DNA from: Monocercomonoides exilis PA203
Taxonomy: Eukaryota > Protista > Preaxostyla
Assembly (NCBI GenBank): GCA_001643675.2
Contig: LSRY02000010.1
Span: forward strand, 868,001-932,000
Direction: 5' to 3'
Length of the DNA stretch: 64,000 nucleotides
The notes under the pieces were generated by a model. It was not told the origin of the DNA, searched no databases, and saw nothing but the letters and a program-made list of their open reading frames with translations. Position 1 is the stretch's first letter. Each line of letters starts with the position of its first letter. Both the position numbers and the translations under genes were made by a program. Below are positions 55,325 through 64,000 of the stretch, piece after piece.

Positions 55325-58300
55325 TTGGAGACTGGTTGGAGGAAGAGTGGAGTTGGAAAAAGAACAGGGATGCAAGATTTGATTTGGTGTTAGAAGAGGG
55401 GGGAAAAACAGGAAAGATGATCATTTGTGAAAACGAGGGTGAGTTGCTTGATAAAGTGTGTGAGGAAGGCAGCAAGCCGTTTGTATGTTTTGTGTTGGGA
55501 TTTGTGCATTGTCGAATGAGGAGAATGAAAAAGAGATGTGTGTGTTGAGGGTTTCTGTTTTGTTGTTTTGGGTGCAGATGCTGACCTATTTTGTGGGTGG
55601 GCATTGGCTGATTTGGCTTGCGATTCATTTTTGAACATTTTGATTTTTCAGAAGCAGTGTGTGTATGTATTTCACTTTGCCAATATGTATTGAATCCCTT
55701 CTATGTTTTCTGATCATTGTTGTGTTTATGTATGTATTTATTCATATTTTTTTGTCAGCACCTTCGTTATTGCATATGCAATGCGTTTTCTGTTGTGTTT
55801 TTGAGATATTGTGCTGTGTATGTTGTTTTCACAACAAAAGATATAATCATGCGAATTGCGTGAAAAAATAAACGGTGATAATATCAAAAAGCCAAAACCT
55901 GCATTCTTTATTTTTGTGAAAAACAGAAAACAATCAGATATTTTCAAAGGAAAAATCATTCCATTTGATCGAAATGAAATTGAAATGTTCTGAATTTTCA
56001 CATTTATTTGATGCAATTGTTCATCCAGAACGGAATACAAAACTGAAGAGAGGAAACATGCACAAATATGAAAACAAATGCAGTTTCAATTGAAACAAGA
56101 TCAAACAGTATTTTTTTTTTATTCTTGTTGAATATTTATCATTGGGAAAGATAATAATTCTTTGAAAAGAGGAAGTTGAGCGTTCTGGAGTGAGTTTAGA
56201 TAATTAATAGTGCAACAGAAGAAAAGTAGATGGATGCATGTTGGAATAGATAAGAATCAGTGAATCTTTTCATTTGACTTGATGGAAAATTAAAAATGAT
56301 CGTTGTTTTTGGAAACTTTTGTTTTATTGGAGCTTTTTATAATTTCACACCAATCATGGTTCAGCCTTTATGGTGTCAAGCATTTTGATAAATATGCATA
56401 ACTTGCTTTATTCTATTTCAAACTTAGATGCTTGCTTTTGCACATGGGTTACTGTTTTTGAAATCATTTATTTTTTTTGTAACGTCAAATAATCGAAGAT
56501 GTTTTGTCATTGGATTGAAATTTTTCATCAAAATGTTAAATGAATTGCAATTGTTAAGAAAGCCAAAGTTTGAGATGAATTCATTACAGAGAAATCTGTA
56601 AATGAGATTATAAAGTTTCAATTTTAATTTATTAACATTCAAAACAAATACTCAAACCGAAATTTATGATTGAAAACAATATAATTTCAAAAATAAAAGC
56701 CAATATTCCACAATCAGAATGTTTATTTTTCATGTCATATTTTTATTTTTATTATTTCATTATTATTTCAAAGAAATATGGTGATTTATAAACCCGAATA
56801 TTTTCATAAACCCGGTTCATTATTATATTTTTTTTGTTCGTTAAAAACAAAAGAAATAGATGATTAAAAAAAAGGGCAAACATTTATTTATTTATTTGAC
56901 AATATAATGACAGTACTAGCATTTTTTTGTCACAATTTTAGTTCTTGATGAAGATCTCAGAAATTTTTAATTTATTTTTGATCATTTGGAACAAAACATT
57001 TAACTTCACGCATTTTCATTGAAAAATTATACATCTTAGATGAACTTTTTGTGATCAAAAAATTAAAAAAAATGGGTATATTTTCGAAAAACATGTGAGG
57101 TCACAAAACATTTTGCTATTTCACCGATGATGTTTGTTAACAGTTATGAAAATCGAATTAATTTTGAAATCTGATAAAGTTTAATAATGACATAAATGAA
57201 ACAATTTTTTTGTGCTATGTGCAAAAAAAGCTTGAAAGTCCGTATTTTCCCCCACCTGTCAGATAATGCATTAAGAAGACATGATAATGAAAATATATTG
57301 CTTTTTGTTTTGCCTCCAAATATCACACATTTGCAACAGTCATTGGATTAGTCAATTTTCTCTCTTTGGAAGCTTTAAATTCAACATATAAGGTCGGGTT
57401 TAACGTAAGATAACGTTGAACAACTTTTGTGAGTTGCAGTGAATGCCATTCTACAAGTTTCTTCATCGATAAATATTTTTTCTGCTTTTAGAGATTGTGG
57501 ATTTGTGAATGATTTTCATAAAACTCCTTCAACAGAGCGGATCTTCGAAGGAAGTTTCGAAAAAGAAATTAAAATTGTTAAATTGGATAACAGATCTTTT
57601 CCATTGTCATGCATAAGAAAAACAAGACAAATAAAAAGAAGAAAAAGGACAATAATGAACATCGAGAGAATGACAGTTTATTTTGGACTTCCGCAATAGA
57701 TTACACGTGGTGAACATTTGATATGTTAATGGGTTTTTTTTATACGCAAATAATCGCGCATTTCAAAAAAATAAGAATAAAAAAAACAAAATTTTCATCA
57801 AAAATATTTTTTTGGAATATTTAAAATTCAAAAAGAATTAACAATAAACAAGAATAATGAATAGCTGTAGTAAATCTGTATTTCAAAACTAATCTGAAAG
57901 TTTGTATTATTTTTAATCACATTTTTAATACAAAAATTTAAACATTAAAGAATTTTTTGAAAATGATGTTAGATATATTTCTTTAAAAAATTCGGACTTG
58001 ATAAGAAACATTTGACCTTTTTCACATAGTTGGGCCGAAATATTTTGATTTTTTGAATTTCATTTAAATCTCCATTTTCGTAACATTTCTCTGCTCTAAA
58101 CTTTTTCTTCATTTTTCACGAATCAAAATGAAAGTTTGAAATAATATGAAAGCAGAAAAAGCTTGGTCCGAATAATTAATATTTTGTTGTTGTTGTTGTT
58201 ATTATTATTTTTTTCAAAAATTAAGCTCCAATTCTCAAGTTAAGTTAGATATAAAAAATAAGGGTTTTCAAATTTTATAAAAATGCATTCTCCGACTATT

Positions 58301-59163
58301 CAAGCGTTTTGTGGAATGCTTAAATCATTTGAATTCCCTATACGCATGCAACCAACTCATTGCGTAACTTTATGGGACGAATTACATCAAAAAGAGTGCG
58401 CAAATAAAATAATAAGCGATTTGTTGTTATCTGCTTGCAATAACAATGTTTTAAATTTTTCTTCGCAAAATGAGCAATTAAAATGCAAAAGAAATTTGAA
58501 GGAGGAAGAAAATACAAACGGTTTGTTTTTGTCATGTTTCTTTAAGATGTTAAAAGAAATATTTTAAATTATATTTTCAAAATGAAATGTTAAAGATTTA
58601 AGAGCTCAATCAATACAGAATAGTTCTTTATATTTAACTTTGTTATTTAAATGGGATTGTCAAGATGAACTTGTTGATAAAGCTGTTGCTATTTGGTTTG
58701 GAATTTTTGCTTTTAAAGAAAGATTGTATTTTAAAAAGATGAATCAATTTTTTGTTTAAAAAGGAATAAGCACATGTCTTCAAATTCTCGATCAAAAAAT
58801 TTTCAAACTGAATCAATGCAACTGGTTTGACTTTTTGAAGCATTTTGTAATTAACTTTTCCTTTTTCAGATTAAAAAAACGATAATGCCCAAAAAAAATT
58901 ATAAAATTGATCTCATAAAGCAATTTGTTAATTCTATTATATCGTTGCACTTACCACAGTTCAATTCTTCACCATCAAGTCATTCTCTAATAACTTTATT
59001 TACGAATCACTGTTTGCAATTTATTTTTATTCAAAAAAATGAAAAAAATTTTTATTTTTTGTTTTTGACTGTGTATGCGCAAATGAAAGTTCAAACGTTA
59101 TTTTCATTTATAGCATTAAAAGAATTTTCAAACATCAGGTGCAACGGAGGATGGTTCTTTTCG

Positions 59164-62100
59164 ATGAATGATGCAACAAATTCATTTTCATCAAGTTCTA
59201 TCTCAAGTGGGTTTGAAAAGGCAAACGATCTGAGCAGTGCTTTTAAATGTATATCGTCTTCATCAAGTCCAGCAGCTCTGAAATGGTTAATTCAATTAAT
59301 TCCTGATGGTTTGGAACGAAACAAATTGAATGAATTAAATAGCAGCCAGTTTTTTAAGAACGACAACATATGCGGAAAATGCTGCGAAACGATTGAAGGC
59401 CTTGAGAAACAAAAATTCAACAGCCTAAATGTAAAATTGAAAGATACTCCTTCGATTTCTGAAGAAATTGAATCGACAGCAGTTCAAATTAATGGCTGTA
59501 TGAATGTTCCTTCATTTTCTGTGCAATCTCTTCGAGAGCGCGCAATCAATTACTCAGAACTTGCATCCAATGAACTGTTTGGATGTTCCCTTGTGTCGCA
59601 CTTGGCGGATCTGTGTCTGCTGCCATCCACTGAAGACAGCTGCATTTTCCTTCAATTTGTGCTTCAAAGTGTGCTTCTGAGCCATTCTGGATGCCAAATG
59701 AAAAAAGAGCTTCATTGTCTGTCCTGCCTTGTTAAGCGACTTGCAACGCAGCCTGAACCCAACGGAACGAGATACGAAAGAGCGCTTGATCTCATTGAGA
59801 AAGAAGAAAGAATGTGCGGAGCTTGCTGGAGTGAACTGCAGCTGGAGAATGTGATGAACGAGTTTTGTGTTGAATTTGCTTGGAGGTTTGCACAACTTAG
59901 TGGACAAAGGCAGAGGAATGAACAACAGCTAGCAGAGAATGTTTTTCGGAAAGAGACAAAGTTGATAACAGCTGAAGACGAAGCAAGGGTATTTGATGAA
60001 GATGAACTTCTTTTGTTTTCTGAGTTTAGTGAAACGCCACCACCTTCTGCGTTTTCTTTTCTAAATGCGGTATCAAATGCAGAAACATCACTTCTGCCAA
60101 TAAACGCGGCTTCTTCCGTTCATCACTCGAAACTTTCTCCTCATTCGTCATTTATCATCAGCATGGTGCCTTTTGTTGCCTCTCCGCTTGTCCAGCACCA
60201 TCCGCTGTTGTCTTTTCTCCTTTTGAATGCTCCTCATTGCTCCATTCCGAAAAGGCAGCCTGATTGTGTAGCAAAGGCAGCCTCGTTTGTTGCAGAAGTC
60301 ATTGTGACTATCATAAAAGACACTTTTGGAATTTTGGATGATTGCAATGAAGAAGAGAAGGAGCAGAGTGACATTAAAACAGAAGATAGAAATAAAGATA
60401 CAAGCAATTCCACAAAAACAATAAGTGACAAAGAATTAACTTCTGAAGATAAAAAATCATTGGAGATTCTTCGAATGTCATCGCTTGCCGAAGTTGCCGG
60501 ATGTGCAATGTGTCTTTGCCCAACAGACGCTTTGCGTTTTGGCGAAACAATTGTTAGTATTCTTGGATTGGATGCATTATCTCTGAAAAAACTGAACAGT
60601 GATGCAAATAAAAAGAATTCCAGCGGACTTTTGAATAACGAAGAAGCAAGACCAGAAAATGAATCGGTTTCGAATGTGGAAAAAGAAGCAAAGTTGTCAA
60701 ATTCTATTCCTTCATCATTTTTGAGTTCATCTGCAAATTCTCAGGGCTCATTGAAGAAAATGAGTTTAAACAACGAACAATTGATTTTCCAGCAGAGACG
60801 AGATTTGGTGGTGAAATGGTTGTGGTGTGTGAAAAGACGTGGAGAAGAAACATTTAATAGGGTGATGAATAAATGGCTGGAATTGAATATGTCAAAGGAG
60901 AAAGTTAACAAGGATGTTACTGTTGAGAAGCCGTCACTGGAGAAATTAAGTGAAATTTTGGATCGCAAGGAAATTAGGCAAATAGATGTAGGAGATAATA
61001 CAGCAGAAGCAAATGATAATATCAATGAATGTTCTCCCTCTTTCTCATTGGCTTCTCCTGTTCGTGGATTCTCCCTCAGCCGCTCTCCACCGCTGCCTCT
61101 TCCGTATCTTCCATCTTATCAGCAGAAAAAGGAGATTCTGCCTTTTATTCTTAATGACTACGATACCCGTGTTTTGTATCAAATCCTTGTCACTCAGCTT
61201 GAATGTAGGAAGAATGCTTCAGATGAATGGCACAGAAGATCCCGTAAGTTGAAGCTAAACGAGAACATTTACGAAAGGAAGGAAGAAGAAGAAGAAAGAG
61301 AAAATGCAAACAAATGTTTATTGGAACCAACTCTTCATTGCCATTGTGATAATGATCATGATTCCGATATTCCTAATTCTCCATCTGAAAGCAAAGATTC
61401 GCCATTTCCTTCGACTTCCTCGTCCTCGTCTTCTGCATTATCTTCTTCTTTTGTTGATTATTGTCCATTTACTTCCTCAGAAACGCAAATTCTCCTTGCT
61501 GGAAGTGATCTTGAGCTGCACAAAGCTGCAAATGTGTTGTATTCGCTGTGCTGCTCTTCGCCAGAACTGATGGAAGATGCAGAAATCGTCTGGTTTTTTG
61601 TTCCGGTTGCTAACTTTGCTCCGAAAGAGGCTTCTTCTTCTTCTTCTGCGCATTTATCTAGTAAGACGCAAAACAAAACATCATCAAATACTGCCTCATC
61701 TGCTTCAGCAGCAACATCGTCACCTTCAGGAACGAATTCTCAACCATCCTCTTCTTCTTCTGCTGCTTCTGCTTCTTCAGCAACTTCCTCTTCTTCTTCT
61801 CTATCTGTTCCAAAGCCATCAAAGCCTCAATACAGAAGACTGATCAAGAACAGCCAGCGCATCGGGTCTTATCTGGCGTGGTGCGATGCGCTTTACCACC
61901 ACCTTGTTTTTCTGCCCTTTTCAACACAGCAATGCGCTCTGGCCCCAACTCTGAAGATCAGAGACGACGAAATCGTGCTTGACAAGTACATCCAGCACAT
62001 GTCATACAACATCACTCCTGACAATCCAAATGATTTTTCTTCAGCTTCAACAAAAGCGAAACGGCAGACAATTGCTCTTTCTTCGCCAATTTCTGTTTCT

Positions 62101-64000
62101 TCGTCAATTGCAGATCTTTCGAAAACAACACAAGATTCTTTAGCATCTTCTGGCACAAGCAGGAAAACTCTGCTTTCAACGCATTCTTCTTTGCCCAATT
62201 TGCACCAGCCAAACGCTCCTCCTTCGTCTTCTCTCTATTCTGACCCGCCGCCAACGTTTCCTGAGAGCTACCCGCCGCCTTCCCGTCTCTCTTTCAAGCA
62301 AGTTGTAGCTTCTGACCATTCGCCCATCACATACAACTCGTTTACTCCTCCTTCTCCTCTTTCGTTTGTTGAGAGTGCCATTCAGATGTTCTTGTCAAAT
62401 GCAAAGGAAAGATTCTCATTGAACATTTGGACTGCTGAATGGTGGGCAGATGTGAATGCTCAAACAGAAAAAGAAGCAAGTTCAATAAGTAATGCTCAAG
62501 CAAAGACAATTTCACCAAAGGCCGAAGAAGCTGTTCCAGTACCTCCTCCGCCGTCAAATGCAATTTGTGAGTGCAATGATTCATCAACAACTTCTTCTTC
62601 TCAAGCTCCAAAAGCTCTTTCCATTTCTTCACCACCTCCTCCTCCACCTCCGCCACCTACCCCAAAATCACTTGATTCTTCTTCTCCGATGTGCAACTCA
62701 ACCTCTCCGTCTCAGGCAACATCTTCTACTTCTATTGTATCTGTTCAATTGCCGCGTGTTACTTTTTCAAGTGATTCCAGCAAGAAAGCTCAGGATGAAT
62801 CTGCCAAGTTGAATGAGATGAATCAAAGCGAGACAAAAATAAATAAACCTTCCATTTCAGTGGGTGATGAAGACAAAGGAGATGATGACACATCAAAATG
62901 TGAGCAATCTGATACAAGCAAGAGCGCTGGAGATGAAGTTGTTGAAGACAAAGCTGAGAAGCAAAAGGAACAAAAAGAAACAATTCACTCAACGCTTAAA
63001 GTTAGTGAAAGCGAGTGCAGTAGCCCTGTTAGGCGGTCCACAGCATCAACAGACAGAACACGAACATTATCTTCTGTTTCCTCTTTGGCTTCGAATTTCT
63101 CCACTCGAACTCGTCCGCTTCTCTTGCAGCTGTTTGCAAAGGAGAATATTGGGCATATCAAACGCATTCCGAATGCTGATTCCCTTTCAGTCAATGAAGA
63201 AACAGATTTTGAACAACAAACAAACAAAGCCAAAATTAATTCGCAAATTGAACTTCAGTCAAAGTTTCTGGGAAAAGCGCTGAGGAATTTGAAGCGATCG
63301 AAGGCAGCATTCCTCTCGCAACTGCGATTGATTGTGCCAGGTGTTGGTGAAACATTGAGAAAACAGCTTCTCAGCTCAAAAAAACAGATGAAGAATGCAC
63401 CATCTCTTTGCTTGAGACTAACGTTTTTAGAGGTTTGATACCCTTTTTAATAGATTGAAAGTTTTGATATGAAAATTTTTAAATTTTTTCTTTTTCATTT
63501 TGACTTGTTATTTATGTGCACATTCACAATTAAACAAATAAAGATGAAAATGGATGGTAGCCCCAGCAGCAAAGTGACAGACTTGGCATTCAAAAGCGTG
63601 TACTATCTGGCAGCTACAGCGATCCCTTATTCCACCGATTATGGTGTGTCGCCTCAGCCAGGAAGGAACTCCACATTCGATCGAAAAAGAAGAGAAGCGA
63701 AGGAATCCAGCAGAAAAAGCATTCTGTTTGACAACAAAGTGTTTAGCTCTTTCAATCCAGCAAAGAATACCACAAGCAGACAACAGCTGGAAACAGAAAT
63801 GAGCGATTTATTCTCACAGGTGGCATTAAGAAAGAGAACAGCTTGTCATTCTTTCCAGTCGCCTTTGTCGTCCACACTGCAAGAAACGCCAGTTCTTCAG
63901 ATCTCTCTCATCTGCGACGAAGGGAAAGTCGTTGATTTGAGTCAGCCAGACGAGGTAGACTCGCAAAAGACGACAATTACGACGTTCGAATCACGCAGCT
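59164..64000 (+). CDS. Large hypothetical protein with at least 2 exons, truncated by the window end
   Basis: The frame is open from 58885; the likely start is ATG 59164 because upstream is AT-rich and non-coding-like. A phase-0 intron GTTTGA...TAAAG spans 63433-63543, then the frame MKMDGSPSSKVTDLAFKSVYY... stays open to 64000. No family recognised. Confidence 0.7.

Larger units (their letters stand above)
42124..56465. repeat. Right arm of the inverted segmental duplication
   Basis: Reverse complement of 19420-36752, lacking the transposon and a 930-bp receptor module. Confidence 0.95.

Noticed and set aside
58885-59163. N-terminal 93 codons of the 1517-aa ORF
   Set aside because: AT-rich and intergenic-like, so more likely UTR or intron; the start was moved to ATG 59164 with low certainty.
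1-64000. Host-wide reassignment of TAA/TAG to Gln; tRNA or rRNA genes
   Set aside because: Multi-kb ORFs lack internal TAA/TAG and several end in TAA. I recognised no tRNA- or rRNA-like sequence by eye.

Overview
AT-rich eukaryotic genomic DNA using the standard code, with short GT-AG introns and long Ser/Glu-rich low-complexity ORFs; the style suggests an oxymonad such as Monocercomonoides (inference, not verified). The left part holds a 4030-aa protein with an IQ motif and Sfi1-like centrin-binding repeats, a triple-GYF protein, a 676-bp perfect fold-back (MITE-like) and a decayed intron-containing pogo-type DD35D transposon. The dominant structure is a large inverted duplication (~19.4-36.75 kb versus ~42.1-56.5 kb, with fainter homology further out) around a 5.4-kb unique spacer. 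Each arm carries the same three genes: a giant beta-helix/TM/pseudokinase receptor, a 6-exon TMX3-like disulfide isomerase (WCGAC, KxKxx tail; missed by the ORF track) and a divergently transcribed secreted Gly/Tyr/Cys-rich protein. The arms differ informatively: the transposon is in the left arm only, the right receptor lacks an in-frame 930-bp module bounded by 12-bp microhomology, identity is patchy as expected from gene conversion, and the right Gly/Tyr gene has a G6-to-G5 frameshift. An intron-containing hypothetical gene runs off the right end. All percent identities are estimated by eye.
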